Below, in pieces: positions 14,902 to 25,646 of a stretch of 64,000 bases of DNA. The stretch's first letter is position 1; each line of letters opens with the position of its first letter. Both the position numbers and the translations under genes were made by a program. The notes beneath the pieces were generated by a model, which was not told the DNA's origin, ran no database searches, and was given only the letters and a program-made list of their open reading frames with translations. Source of the DNA: an uncultured delta proteobacterium (GTDB taxonomy: Bacteria; Myxococcota_A; Polyangia; Haliangiales; Haliangiaceae); NCBI GenBank assembly GCA_963848295.1, contig CAWKDB010000011.1:224001-288000 (forward strand). The letters are read 5' to 3'.

Positions 14902-14917
14902 AGCAAGCGGCGATCCA
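14902..14917 (-). promoter_or_regulatory. Putative sigma54 -24/-12 promoter
   Basis: Minus strand TGGATCGCCGCTTGCT = GG-N10-GC with TTGC, just upstream of the lipoprotein ATG. Confidence 0.5.
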
Positions 14918-15078
14918 CGATCCGCCGCCTGATCTTGGCTAGTTATACGCCGGTTCCGCCAACAGCGTTGGCAGGGCGCCACCTTCGGTGGGGCCGCGAC
15001 GCCAGCGCAGCAAGACGGCCGACCGAGTCCTCAGGCCGAGGGTCTACGAGCCTCCAAGGCCGACGATCGGTCCCCGCC

Positions 15079-15591
15079 CTAGTGGTAGTCGTAGTGCGGG
15101 CTGGTCGCGAGGGTCGGGCGAAGCGTGCGGACCGTGCCGTCGTGCTCGATCGTGAGCACCGCGCTCGTGCCCGGCGCCGTCGACGAGATCCGTTGGATCA
15201 GCTCTGACCGGGTCTCCATCGGGACGCCGTCGACCGCGAGGATGTGGTCGCCGCGGGACAGCCCGATCGCTTCCGCCGGAGTGCCGTGGATGACCTCGAT
15301 CACCGCGAGCTTGCCATCGACGAGGTTCGTCGTCACGCCGAGGTAGCCGCGCGGCTGTTCGAGGTCGGCCGGCACCTCGACCATCCGTGCGTACGGACAG
15401 TGCGTCGTCATGCTGTCGGCGACTTGCATCGCCATCAGCGTCGTCGCGAGCGCGAGCCCGGACGCCACGCCGGCCATCGTGCAGACGACGGCGACCGTAC
15501 CGAGGCCGCGGTTGCGCTCGTTGGGGAGCAGCGCTTCACGACGAAGCACCGCGGGGAGAAGACTAGGCTCGGGGTTCGGCTCGGCAGACAT
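15079..15591 (-). CDS. Membrane-anchored PDZ-domain protein
   Basis: TM helix, then GYLGV...GTPAEAIGLSRGDHILAVDG. Confidence 0.85.
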   Translation of the reverse strand: MSAEPNPEPSLLPAVLRREALLPNERNRGLGTVAVVCTMAGVASGLALATTLMAMQVADSMTTHCPYARMVEVPADLEQPRGYLGVTTNLVDGKLAVIEVIHGTPAEAIGLSRGDHILAVDGVPMETRSELIQRISSTAPGTSAVLTIEHDGTVRTLRPTLATSPHYDYH

Positions 15592-15728
15592 CTCAGGTCC
15601 CTCGCTTTTTGGTCTTACTCACCACTATACGCCGCGCGCGCCGCAACACCATCGGGAACAATCACCGACGACAATTAATCCCCATGAGGTCCGAATTTTG
15701 AGAGCCGTGTTACCGTCTGGGCCGTAGG

Positions 15729-18700
15729 GTGAAGAGGTCCCAACGGCGACGCCTGCGGTGGTTCCTCGCCATCGCGCTCTCGGTCGTGCTCGTGCTGGGC
15801 GTGGCCTTTGCGGTGCTGCGCATCAAGTTCGAGGGGGCCGGTCTCGCGGACAAGGTCGCGTCGATCCTCAACAAGCGGATGCGCGGCCGGATCGAGATCG
15901 GGTCGATCGAGTGGCCGACCTCGGCGCTCGAGACGGCGGTCACGGGCGGCTGGATCCCGATCACGGTGCACGATGTGCGCGTGTGGGACGATTGCGCACT
16001 CAGCGCGGCGATCCCACAGGGCGATCCCGACGAGATCCGCAAAGGCGATCCGAACGAGGACTGCACTCCGGACGACCGCCCGGACCCGGATCCGAAGTCG
16101 AAGCGGCAGCCGCGCAAGCTGCTGCTGTCGACGCCGCTGATCACCGGCGAGATCGATGCGCACGCCGCGATGTTCGGCAACCACAACCTGGTGGTTCGCA
16201 ACCTGTGGGTGCACGGCGGCCAAGCGCTGCTCGAGCAGACGCGCGAACCGCAGCCGCTGCACGCCTACGATCGCACGATCGTCAGCATCGTCACCGCGTT
16301 CTATCCCCGGCTCAGGGCCGGCTTCCGGGCAGGCATCTTCGCGGACACCGCGCCGCCGATCTTCGATCTGCGCGACATCCACATCGAAAACCTCGATCTC
16401 ACGGTCCACGTCGCGCCCCAGAGCACCAGCGACGGCTCGGTCATGTACGGCATGACCGCGCAGGTCGACGGCGTCAACGTCGATGCCGGCCCCGACGCCG
16501 GGACGCCATGCGGCGGCAAGCACGAGTGCGCGTCGCTGTACATGGACGGCACCGATCCGCTCGTCGCGAAGTTCTACGTCAACCTCGCGTTGACCGGCCG
16601 GCACGGCACGGTGCGTATCCTCGACAAGGGCCCGCGCGAGTCGTTTCGCATCGCCGCCGAGAATCCCGATCGCCACAAGCGCCATGCGCGATACCAGATC
16701 GAGCTCGCCGACATTCGCCTCGATCGGCTCGCGCAGCTGCCGACGGATTGGGCGCGCCACAACTTCGTCGCGAATACGCTCGAGCTCGACGGCACGCTGC
16801 ACACCCTCGCGTGCGCGGGCGACGACGGTGTCGCGGCCCCGGCGACCGACGGCGCCGAGGTTCACATCGGCGGCGAGCTGCTGAACTACTGGGATCGACC
16901 GTACGACGGCGAATGGGCGCTCGCGCTCGACGCCAAGAACCTCGGGCCGACGCTACGGACGTGCATCAACCACAAGCTCGGCGGCGACAACCTGGCCGGC
17001 ACGATCGCGCTGTCCGGCCCGTTCATCGCGCAGCCGAAGGTCCGCCTCGATCTCCACGATCTCGACTTCGACCTGCCGCTGCGGAGAGATCAGGAACCGC
17101 TGAGGCTCACGCTCGCGGAGGTCCACGGCGAGATCGATCTCGTCAACGAGCACGGCTCGATCGAGAAGACCAAGGCGCTCGTCCGCAACGGCAAGGAGCC
17201 CGGCGAGATCGAGGTATCGGCCGACTTCGACCTCCGGCCGTATCGCGCGACCGCGAGTGTCGACATCACGAAGCCGATCGACGTCGGGCGGTTCTTGCCG
17301 GTTACGATCGCGAGCTCGGTCGGTCGGTTCCTGTCCGGCAAGCTGACCGCCGAGGGCGACGTCGACACCGGGTTCGCGCTGCGCGACTTCGACCTCGCGC
17401 TCGGCGACACGCCGGCCGACAGGGTCGTGCGGGTCCATGCCTCGGGCACCGGTCAGATCTTCACGGCAGATGGCTTCGATACGATCCAGATCCGCCGCGT
17501 CATGGTCGACGCGGGGCAGACCCACGCGCAGTTCGACGGCCCGATCTTCATCGCGAAGAACGACATGCGCGTGCACTGGACCGGCGAAGCGCCCGATCTC
17601 AAGGTCTGGCTCAAGCGCTTCGGCCTGCCCGAGTTCGCCCAGAGCGCAGGCGGCGGCGGCGATCTGACCGGGCCGATCACGTCGCCGCGGATCACCGTGA
17701 CGACCGAGCTGTCGGGGATCCCGTGCATCGACAAGATGAAGGTGCAAGACGCCGAGTACGCCGACGGCATGATCACGATCAGGCAGCTGTCGACCGAGGG
17801 GCTCGGCGGCGCGATGACCGCGACCGGCGTCATCCACGTCGCGAACGGTCAAGCGATGATCGAGAAGCTGCACATGTCCGGGACCGGGCTGCGCGGCGAC
17901 AAGCTGTGCGGGCTCGGCGGCGACCGGCTGAAGGGCACGATCGACAGCGCCGAGATCGACGTCCGCGGCACGGTCGACAAGAACCGGTCGATCGTCGACT
18001 GGCTCGATCACATCAAGCTGCGCGCGACCGCGAAGCAGCTCAACGTCTATGGCGACGGCTACTCCGATGTCGCGGTGTGCGTCAATCGCGACGACGACGC
18101 GACCTGCCGGCTGCGCACCACCGACGTATCCGCGAACGATCTCGCGCAATGCACCGCCGCGAAGCAACGCGGCGGCTCGTGCGCGGTGGCGTCGGCCAGG
18201 CGCGACGACGGTGGCACGCTCGACGTCACGCTCGCGAAGCTGCCCGCGTCGGGCGCCGGCAAGCGCGCGACCCCCGCGATGCTCGCCGGCGCGATCGCCC
18301 TCGATGCGGTCCCGCTCGCCGCGCTCGACCAGCTCCTCGGCCCGGACACGGTCGGCGGCATGCTCAGCGCGCGGCTCCACGTGTCCGGATCCGCCGATGC
18401 GAGGGGCGTGTTCAACCCTCAGCTCGCGGGCAAGCTCGGAGTCACCGGCGGTCGCGCGCTCGATGCGTTCATCGGCGACGCGGTGCTCGCGCTCACGCCG
18501 GTGACCGTGCGCGGCGTGCCCGGGATCGAGCTGCGCGGCAAGCTGCTCGCCGACCGGCTCGACATCACCGCGCGGATCGGCACGCGCGCGCCCTACCCGG
18601 TCGAGCTCGTCGTGAACGCGAGGCGAGTCGAGATCGATCCGTTCGTCGACATCGCGAAGGCGCTCGGCATCTCCGAGACGGTCCAAGCCTGGGCGTCGGG

Positions 18701-20903
18701 GCGCGTCACGCTCGACACCGAGCTCGCTCCGCTCGACGGCAAGCCGGCGCAACCCGAGGCGTGGGTCGAGCTGTCCGAGCTCGCGGTCATGGTCGACCAT
18801 CGCGCGCGCGATGGCCGGCTGACCCAGCTCGGCGTCGAGCTCGTCGATCAAGGGCCGGATCGCCCGGCGATGTCGATGCACCTGACCAAGTCATCGCTCG
18901 TGCTCGCCTGCCGCGACGCGCGATCTCCCGCCGGCTCGCCGTGTGACGCCAAGCTGCGCACGCCTGCGGGCGATGTCGTCGTCAGCGGCCAAGCGACGGC
19001 CGCCGGCATCGCGTTCAACGCGAACGGCGATCTCGACCTGCACCGGCTCGCCGGCATGCTCGACAACCAGTTCGACGACGTGCGCGGCGGCCTGCTCGTC
19101 GCCGCCAGCGTGACCGGGCCTTTGTCGAAACCGAGCTACCAGATCACCGCGGACCTCGACGCGCTCCAGCTCCGGCCGGTCGGCAGCGACACCGTGATCC
19201 AGGTGTGCCGCCGGCTGATCGATGTCGATCATCCCGACGCCACCGACCTCGTCCGCGATCCGGATTGCCAGATCAAGCTCGCGAACGGCAGCCTCGGGTT
19301 CAACAACCTCAAGCTCAGCGTCAAGGACGAGCGCAGCTATCAAGAGGGCGAGCTCGTGATCCACGGCGGTATCGGCCTCGACGGCTTGCGGCCGAAATCG
19401 TGGGGCGTATTCATCGAAGGCACGATCGCCGGCAAGATGTTGCTCGCGGCGATCCCGAGCCAGTTTTCCCAGGCGAGCGGCATCGCATCGATCGACGGCG
19501 AGCTCGTGCTCAGCGGCAGCGGCCCGCTACCGCTGCTCGACGGCGCGATCAGCTTTAGCGCGCCGAAGAAGGGCGATCCGCCGCTCGCGGTCACGGCGCG
19601 GGGCTTTCGCCACGAGCTCGAGCTCCGCGATGGTCGTGTCGAGGTCCGCACCGAGGCGGTCGGCGACCATCGCGAATACACGCTCACGATCGGGTGTGGC
19701 CTCGACGCCGACGCCGATTGCGACCCCCACGACGACATCACGGCCGCGATCGACGGCGAGGGCTCGATCCACAACTTGCACGGGAGCGTGACCCTGCGCG
19801 ACGGCCTGCCGACACGCGCGCACGTCGAGCTCGACGCCGACGACCTGCCCTATCGCGTGCCGGGGACGCTCGACCTCCAGCTGTCGGCGCGCGACGTCTC
19901 GCTCGACTTGCCGGACGAGCACTCGCCGGTCAGAGTCCGCGGCTCGATCTCGGTCGTCAACGGCCGCTATCTGCGCGACGTCCAGGTCACCGACGCACTC
20001 AAGCTCGCACCTACGACCGCGGCTCCCGCCGGTGGACTCGTGACGACCGCGTTCGGCGGCGCCGATCTCCAGCTATCGCTCGATATCCGGCGGTTCAGCG
20101 TCGTCGACAACCTCGGCACGATCGATCTCGAGGGCTCCTCGATCCAGATCAAGGGCACGCCGCGCGATCCGCGGCTCAACGGCTCGATCCGGGTCACCCG
20201 CGGCGACTTCAAGATCCCCGGTACGCGTGCTCGGTTCACGCGGACGAGCGGGTCGATCGACTTCGCGGAGAACGCGCGCGCCGGCAACCCGCGCCTCGAT
20301 ATCACCGCAGACGACCCGGCCTTCCTCGATCTGTCCGGGCAACAGCACATCATCACGCTGACCGTCACCGGCACGCTCGAGCAGCTGCAGTGGGACCTGC
20401 GGACGTCGACCGGCTACAACAAGTCGCAGACGCTGTCGCTGCTGCTGCTCGGCCGCAACCCCGAGCAGCTGCGCCGCTCGCTCGGCGATCAATCGCTCGG
20501 CTCGAACCCGACGCTGATCGATCCGACGACGAACCCATCGACCGGGTTCGCGGACGAGATCGTGAAGGATCTCGCCGGCGACTGGGTCTCCGGCCTCGTC
20601 GGCCAGTCGGTCCAGAAGATCCTGCCGCTCGATGTCCTGCGGTTCGAGCTCGGGTTCGGCACGGTCGGTGTCTACGCCGAGAAGAAGGCGCTCGACAGCA
20701 TCAAGTTCATCGGCCGCGCCGAGCAAACGATCCGCGGCACATCGCTCGAGGTCCGCGGTGAGCTGCAGAGCACGCTCCACGTGTTCTCCGGGGATTCGCC
20801 GCGCCTCACCGCCGGTCTGCTCCAGAAGAACTACTACGACCCGTCGGAGATCGACATCACCGATTGGCACGCCAGCCTCGCGTATCGCCTGTTCATCCCG
20901 TGA
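15729..20903 (+). CDS. TamB/AsmA-like translocation and assembly module protein
   Basis: N-terminal TM anchor, 1724-aa beta-rich body, C-terminal TamB-like region (GTPRDPRLNGSIRV..G, NPRLDI); coupled to an Omp85 gene. Confidence 0.8.
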   Translation: MKRSQRRRLRWFLAIALSVVLVLGVAFAVLRIKFEGAGLADKVASILNKRMRGRIEIGSIEWPTSALETAVTGGWIPITVHDVRVWDDCALSAAIPQGDPDEIRKGDPNEDCTPDDRPDPDPKSKRQPRKLLLSTPLITGEIDAHAAMFGNHNLVVRNLWVHGGQALLEQTREPQPLHAYDRTIVSIVTAFYPRLRAGFRAGIFADTAPPIFDLRDIHIENLDLTVHVAPQSTSDGSVMYGMTAQVDGVNVDAGPDAGTPCGGKHECASLYMDGTDPLVAKFYVNLALTGRHGTVRILDKGPRESFRIAAENPDRHKRHARYQIELADIRLDRLAQLPTDWARHNFVANTLELDGTLHTLACAGDDGVAAPATDGAEVHIGGELLNYWDRPYDGEWALALDAKNLGPTLRTCINHKLGGDNLAGTIALSGPFIAQPKVRLDLHDLDFDLPLRRDQEPLRLTLAEVHGEIDLVNEHGSIEKTKALVRNGKEPGEIEVSADFDLRPYRATASVDITKPIDVGRFLPVTIASSVGRFLSGKLTAEGDVDTGFALRDFDLALGDTPADRVVRVHASGTGQIFTADGFDTIQIRRVMVDAGQTHAQFDGPIFIAKNDMRVHWTGEAPDLKVWLKRFGLPEFAQSAGGGGDLTGPITSPRITVTTELSGIPCIDKMKVQDAEYADGMITIRQLSTEGLGGAMTATGVIHVANGQAMIEKLHMSGTGLRGDKLCGLGGDRLKGTIDSAEIDVRGTVDKNRSIVDWLDHIKLRATAKQLNVYGDGYSDVAVCVNRDDDATCRLRTTDVSANDLAQCTAAKQRGGSCAVASARRDDGGTLDVTLAKLPASGAGKRATPAMLAGAIALDAVPLAALDQLLGPDTVGGMLSARLHVSGSADARGVFNPQLAGKLGVTGGRALDAFIGDAVLALTPVTVRGVPGIELRGKLLADRLDITARIGTRAPYPVELVVNARRVEIDPFVDIAKALGISETVQAWASGRVTLDTELAPLDGKPAQPEAWVELSELAVMVDHRARDGRLTQLGVELVDQGPDRPAMSMHLTKSSLVLACRDARSPAGSPCDAKLRTPAGDVVVSGQATAAGIAFNANGDLDLHRLAGMLDNQFDDVRGGLLVAASVTGPLSKPSYQITADLDALQLRPVGSDTVIQVCRRLIDVDHPDATDLVRDPDCQIKLANGSLGFNNLKLSVKDERSYQEGELVIHGGIGLDGLRPKSWGVFIEGTIAGKMLLAAIPSQFSQASGIASIDGELVLSGSGPLPLLDGAISFSAPKKGDPPLAVTARGFRHELELRDGRVEVRTEAVGDHREYTLTIGCGLDADADCDPHDDITAAIDGEGSIHNLHGSVTLRDGLPTRAHVELDADDLPYRVPGTLDLQLSARDVSLDLPDEHSPVRVRGSISVVNGRYLRDVQVTDALKLAPTTAAPAGGLVTTAFGGADLQLSLDIRRFSVVDNLGTIDLEGSSIQIKGTPRDPRLNGSIRVTRGDFKIPGTRARFTRTSGSIDFAENARAGNPRLDITADDPAFLDLSGQQHIITLTVTGTLEQLQWDLRTSTGYNKSQTLSLLLLGRNPEQLRRSLGDQSLGSNPTLIDPTTNPSTGFADEIVKDLAGDWVSGLVGQSVQKILPLDVLRFELGFGTVGVYAEKKALDSIKFIGRAEQTIRGTSLEVRGELQSTLHVFSGDSPRLTAGLLQKNYYDPSEIDITDWHASLAYRLFIP

Positions 20904-23900
20904 TGATCCGCGCTCGTCATTGGCTCGTCGTCGTCATCATCACCGCGGTGACCGGACGCGCGCACGCCGACGGCGCGGAAGTAGTGGCGAATCGCGTCCC
21001 GCAGCTCGATCTCGCACAGTGCATCAAGCAACGGGTCAACACGACGCCCGGCGAGCTGCCGCAGGTGGCGCCGCAAGCGGGCGGCGACTTGCCGATCCCG
21101 TGGACCGAGCTCGAGATCGCCGGCCCGTTGGTCGATCCGCCGGAGACGGTCAAGGGCCTGCTGCAACCGACGCTCGCGGGCATGCAGACGAGCCTGACCG
21201 AGGCGCGCATGCCGGAGCTCGCGAAGCTGGTCTCGGCTTTCGGCTACCAGCTCGTCGCGAAGACGACAAGCCCGTCGGGCAATGGCATCAGGCTCACGCT
21301 GCACCTCGCGCCGCTGCCCTTGATCCGCAAGGTCACGGTCTCGGTCTCGCAGGGCTGGTTTCCTTTCCAGAAGCCGTTCGACACCGAGATCCAGCGCCGG
21401 ATGAGGCTGCGCGTCGACAGCTACCTGCCCTACGACGCGCTCGCTCAGGATTGCGCGCTGGTCGAAGAGCAAGAGCGGATCCTCAGCTACTTGAAGGACG
21501 AGGGCTACTACGACGCGAAGGTCCACGTCACCCGAGCGCACGAAGCGGCGAGCGTCAACCTCAAGGTCCATGTCGACCTCGGCAACGAGTATCGGATCGG
21601 CAAGGTGACGACCGAGCCGAAGACCGGCCTCGCGCTCGATGCCGCGACGATCAAGAACACGCTGACCGAGTGTGCGCACGCCCTCAACTCGGAGAAGAAG
21701 TGGCTGTGCATCGGCACCGCTCGGTTCACGCGCGCGGGTCACCTGGCGGACCTGCAGCGCCTGCGCAAGCAATTCCAGCAGCGCGGCTACCCATCGGTGC
21801 GGATCCAATCGAGCTTCGATCAGCAACAACCCGACATCGACCGGCGGACTCACACCGTCAATGTCGCGTTGACGATCGATCAGCGCCGCCGGCTCGACCT
21901 CGTGTTCGAAGGCTTCGATCGCGACACGGTCAGCGCCGAGCAGCTGCGCAAGGCGACGACGTTCGACCAATCCGGGAGCGCCGACGACGTCGATGCCGCG
22001 GACTCCGCCCGCGCGCTGACCGCGTACCTCCAGGGTCGCGGATTCTTCGACGCACACGTCACGTGGACGCGCGATCGGTTCGACGACTTCGATCGGCTGA
22101 TCTACCGCATCGATCAAGGTCGGACGCGCGAGGTCACGAGCGTGACGTTCGCGGGCAACCGGCACCTGTCGAGCGAGACGCTGGCCGATGTGGTCGCGAC
22201 CAAGGTCGTGACGATCGCGGCGAGCTTGTTCGGCAGCGGCTCGGCGGTGACGTCGCCGCAGCTCACCGACGACGTCGCGCGCCTCGTCGACAAGTATCGA
22301 ACCGAAGGCTTCCGCGACACGAAGGTCTCGGTGTTCGCCGCGCCCGAGCTCGCCGCGCTCGGCGACCCGGCGCTGACCGCCGCGATGCTCGTCGCGAACC
22401 ACGGCGACCGGCTCGACGTCCGGTTCGACATCGACGAAGGCCAGCCGACCCTGTTGACCCAGATCGAGCTCACGATCGACGGCGATACCAAGGGCGAGCT
22501 GTGCAACGCCGCGCTCGCCGAGCTCGCCGAGCTGCTCGGCGACAAGCAGGTCGCGAACCGCGCACCCGGCACCGCGTGCATCACGTACCCGACGAACATG
22601 CGCTATCGCGAAGACGCGGTCACCGCGGCCAAGGATCAGCTGCGCGACTGGATGTTCGGCCTGGGCCGACCCCGCGCGAAGGTCGAGGAGCTCCCGATCG
22701 AAGCACCGTTGCCCCACCGCGTGATCGTGCACTACCGGATCTCGAACACCTCGGTGCTCCGGGTCGGCAAGATCGTCGTGCGCGGCAACTTCAAGACCCG
22801 GCAGTCGGTGATCCTGCAGCTCGCGAAGCTCAAGGAAGGCGAGAAGCTCACCCGCGACCGGCTCGCCGAGGGGGCGCGCAAGCTGCGCAACACGGGCCTG
22901 TTCAACTCGGTGCACATCGAGCTCCCGGAGCTCGATCAAGACGAGACCGGCGCGGCGAGCGATGTCATCAACGCCGTGATCGAGGTCGAAGAGCGCTACG
23001 ACAACACCGCGCAGATCGACCTCGAGCTCGGCGGTTCGACGTACAGCGGGCTCTACGTCAAGATCGAGGACACTCAGGCGAACATCTTCGGGTCGGGGCT
23101 TTCGCTCAACCTGTCGGGCACGCTCGGCACTCAGATCCAAGACCTCGAAGGCACGCTGACCATCCCGAACTGGCTGGTCGATCGGGTCTCGCCGATCGAT
23201 TTTCGCGGCGATATCACCGCGCTGATTCGCCAGCAACAGACCGTGCGGTTCGGTCAGCTCACGACGAAGGGGGTGACCGTCGGCGGCAGCCACACGTGGA
23301 ACTTCCCACACACGCGCAAGCAGGTCGCTCACACGATCAACCTCGGCTTTCACTACGACTTCCGGTTGCGCACGCGCGACGTCGACGCGCTGCGGCCGAT
23401 CGGCGCGGACAACGACGCGCCGCAGGTGCCGGTGTCGACGAACGCCGGCTCGGTCGGCGCCGACTTCTACTGGGAGCAGCGCGTCGATCGCAACGGCGCC
23501 GCCGCACCGCTCGCGCCGGAGGAGGGCTTCCGGCTCGAAGCCTCGGCGTCGATCGCGAGCACGGCGCTGTTCGGAGACGATGACTTCATCAAGGTCTCGG
23601 CCTCGGCGTCGCGATTCCACCTCGTCGGGAAGAATCTGCTGCTGCGCGCCGACTTTCGCTACGACCAAGGCTTCCCGCTCGGCGGTGCGGTGCTGCTGCC
23701 CGAGGTCGAGCGGTTCTTCGCCGGCGGCGACACCACGGTGCGCGGCTACAACGACGATAGACTCGCGACCGAGGTCGTCCAGGTCGGCGTGCCGCCGATC
23801 GGCAACGTCTCGCAGATCCGCGTACTGCCGGCGGGCGGCAACATCCGCCTGCTCGGCAGCCTCGACGCCCAGCTGCGCATCAAGAGCGTGTTCGCGACCG

Positions 23901-24109
23901 CGCTGTTCCTCGACACCGGCATGATCACGAACCAATGGGCCAACGTCACGACCGACAACATCCGCCCCGCCGTCGGCATGGCGCTCGTCCGCATCGTCAC
24001 CCCGTTCGGAGCGCTCGCCCTCGAGTACGCCGTCCCCCTCCACCCCGAGCTCGGCGACGACCCGCGCGGCCGCTGGCACATCAGCTTCGCGGCGCGCGCC
24101 CAGTTCTAA
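20903..24109 (+). CDS. Omp85 (BamA/TamA) family outer-membrane protein with POTRA domains
   Basis: POTRA motifs (YLKDEGYYDA, VRGNFKT, LRNTGLF), RFFAGGDTTVRGY, C-terminal Phe; TGATG overlap with the upstream gene. Confidence 0.9.
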   Translation: MIRARHWLVVVIITAVTGRAHADGAEVVANRVPQLDLAQCIKQRVNTTPGELPQVAPQAGGDLPIPWTELEIAGPLVDPPETVKGLLQPTLAGMQTSLTEARMPELAKLVSAFGYQLVAKTTSPSGNGIRLTLHLAPLPLIRKVTVSVSQGWFPFQKPFDTEIQRRMRLRVDSYLPYDALAQDCALVEEQERILSYLKDEGYYDAKVHVTRAHEAASVNLKVHVDLGNEYRIGKVTTEPKTGLALDAATIKNTLTECAHALNSEKKWLCIGTARFTRAGHLADLQRLRKQFQQRGYPSVRIQSSFDQQQPDIDRRTHTVNVALTIDQRRRLDLVFEGFDRDTVSAEQLRKATTFDQSGSADDVDAADSARALTAYLQGRGFFDAHVTWTRDRFDDFDRLIYRIDQGRTREVTSVTFAGNRHLSSETLADVVATKVVTIAASLFGSGSAVTSPQLTDDVARLVDKYRTEGFRDTKVSVFAAPELAALGDPALTAAMLVANHGDRLDVRFDIDEGQPTLLTQIELTIDGDTKGELCNAALAELAELLGDKQVANRAPGTACITYPTNMRYREDAVTAAKDQLRDWMFGLGRPRAKVEELPIEAPLPHRVIVHYRISNTSVLRVGKIVVRGNFKTRQSVILQLAKLKEGEKLTRDRLAEGARKLRNTGLFNSVHIELPELDQDETGAASDVINAVIEVEERYDNTAQIDLELGGSTYSGLYVKIEDTQANIFGSGLSLNLSGTLGTQIQDLEGTLTIPNWLVDRVSPIDFRGDITALIRQQQTVRFGQLTTKGVTVGGSHTWNFPHTRKQVAHTINLGFHYDFRLRTRDVDALRPIGADNDAPQVPVSTNAGSVGADFYWEQRVDRNGAAAPLAPEEGFRLEASASIASTALFGDDDFIKVSASASRFHLVGKNLLLRADFRYDQGFPLGGAVLLPEVERFFAGGDTTVRGYNDDRLATEVVQVGVPPIGNVSQIRVLPAGGNIRLLGSLDAQLRIKSVFATALFLDTGMITNQWANVTTDNIRPAVGMALVRIVTPFGALALEYAVPLHPELGDDPRGRWHISFAARAQF

Positions 24110-24134
24110 AGGTGACGCTGTCTCTTTTGTCAAC

Positions 24135-25505
24135 TTAGGGGCAGTTCGCGGTGCGCCACGCGTTGGTCGGGTAATCGATGAACGTGCCGACGTAGTTCGA
24201 TCCCGCCTGGGCCTGCAGCTCCGCGCCGTTGACCGTCACGTAGTACTCGACCTGGAGCTGGACGTACATCCCGTCGCTGGTCGGCGACGCCGGCAGCTCC
24301 GGGCAATGGAAGTCGCGGAACGGATCGAGCGCGCGCCATGACTGCGCGTACTGCGCGTTGTTGCCGACCTGTGCGTCGTAGCCGACCGGCGTGATCGTCC
24401 AGTCGCTCGCCGCGGTCGGGTTGACGACGCGCCAGTGCAGCTCGGCGTCGAGCTGCTTCCACAGATCCGGATCGGGCACGTCGGTCTCGCCCGGCTGATA
24501 GACCTGGAAGCACAGGTTCGTGATCGTCGCCTGCTCGCGCGCCCACGTGTCGTAGGTGAAGCCGGTGACCGCGTCCGCCGCGCCATCGCAGTGGCTCGAG
24601 TCGTCGCGCGTGATGAGGTTGCCGGCGAGGCCGAGCCATTGCGGCGGGGTCTCGATCGCGAACTGGTAGTTCGCGCCTTCGTTCGAGTCATACGAGGTGC
24701 AACCCGTGGCGTCGGTGTTCACGAACCACACCTCGATCCCGCGCGCGCCGTCGGTCGGGATCGTGAACGTCGCGGTCGCGTTCGCGACGCTGGTCGCGAG
24801 CAGCTCGCCCGAGCCATCGAACAGGAGGTTCGCGGTGACGTCCCAGCCGGCGCCGCGGCAGGTCGGTGCGCGCGAGGCGTCGTAGACGATCGTCACGGTG
24901 CCGCCGGGGACGAGCACGCCGGTCTGCTCGACCGTGAAGTCAGGCGCGAACGTCAGCGTCGCGCCGCGCGAGTCGGTCGGCGCCTGGCAGGTGCCCGGCG
25001 CATCCCAGATCGACCAATCGTTGTCCGGGTTCGCCACGTAGGCCGCGAGGTCGTCGGAGTTGCGGTTGTGGTCGAACAGCCTGCCGCCACCGGGCAGCGG
25101 CAGGTAGGGAATCGCGGTCAGCGCCTGGTTCGCGGTGTCCGGCCCCGGGTCATCCTGGTCGATCGTGATCGTGAACCGCAGCCCCGTGCTCGTCGGATCG
25201 ACCAGCCCGGACACGCTGGCCCAGCCGCCGTCGTTGGTCTGGTACAGCATCGACGGAACCAGACCGGCGGTCGCCGCGTCCTGGGAGATCGTCACGTCGG
25301 CCACGAACACCCAGCCATCGGCGTCGGTGATCGTCGCGCCGCTGCCGTCGGTAGCGCGCAGCATCTGGCGCAACACGACGTTGCAGTCGCGATCGGCCTG
25401 GTCGCTGCCTCCCGAGACATCGAGCTGCGGCGCAGGCGCCGAAGGCGTGGTCGTGGCGGGATCGGCGCAGGCGGCGAGCGCGACAAGGCAGACGAGCGAC
25501 TTCAC
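24135..25505 (-). CDS. Lipoprotein, DUF6209-like (possible carbohydrate-binding modules)
   Basis: Lipobox LAAC; 'IVYDASR..CR', 'WF.N..GC..YDSN.GANY.F' motifs. Confidence 0.65.
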   Translation of the reverse strand: MKSLVCLVALAACADPATTTPSAPAPQLDVSGGSDQADRDCNVVLRQMLRATDGSGATITDADGWVFVADVTISQDAATAGLVPSMLYQTNDGGWASVSGLVDPTSTGLRFTITIDQDDPGPDTANQALTAIPYLPLPGGGRLFDHNRNSDDLAAYVANPDNDWSIWDAPGTCQAPTDSRGATLTFAPDFTVEQTGVLVPGGTVTIVYDASRAPTCRGAGWDVTANLLFDGSGELLATSVANATATFTIPTDGARGIEVWFVNTDATGCTSYDSNEGANYQFAIETPPQWLGLAGNLITRDDSSHCDGAADAVTGFTYDTWAREQATITNLCFQVYQPGETDVPDPDLWKQLDAELHWRVVNPTAASDWTITPVGYDAQVGNNAQYAQSWRALDPFRDFHCPELPASPTSDGMYVQLQVEYYVTVNGAELQAQAGSNYVGTFIDYPTNAWRTANCP

Positions 25506-25518
25506 GCGCGCGGACCTC

Positions 25519-25533
25519 GCACGTCACGTGCCA
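25519..25533 (-). promoter_or_regulatory. Putative sigma54 -24/-12 promoter
   Basis: Minus strand TGGCACGTGACGTGC (TGGCACG-N4-GTGC); predicted +1 is near the GTG start at 25505. Confidence 0.55.
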
Positions 25534-25646
25534 GGGCTCCCCCACGCGGAATCGACCGGTTGCAGCCGCCAGCGCGCACGAGCGCTGCCGAACGCAACAT
25601 CGGCGGTGGCGGTTCTGCTACAAGAGTCGCCCACAAGGAGACCACG

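Noticed and set aside
20834..24133. 1099-aa antisense ORF and many other long overlapping ORFs (e.g. 386-2566, 6285-8465, 15758-18946, 20632-23583, 39263-41797, 45376-47889)
   Set aside because: Shadow frames of high-GC coding DNA: Arg/Ala/Pro-rich, without motifs, and overlapping genes with clear family signatures.
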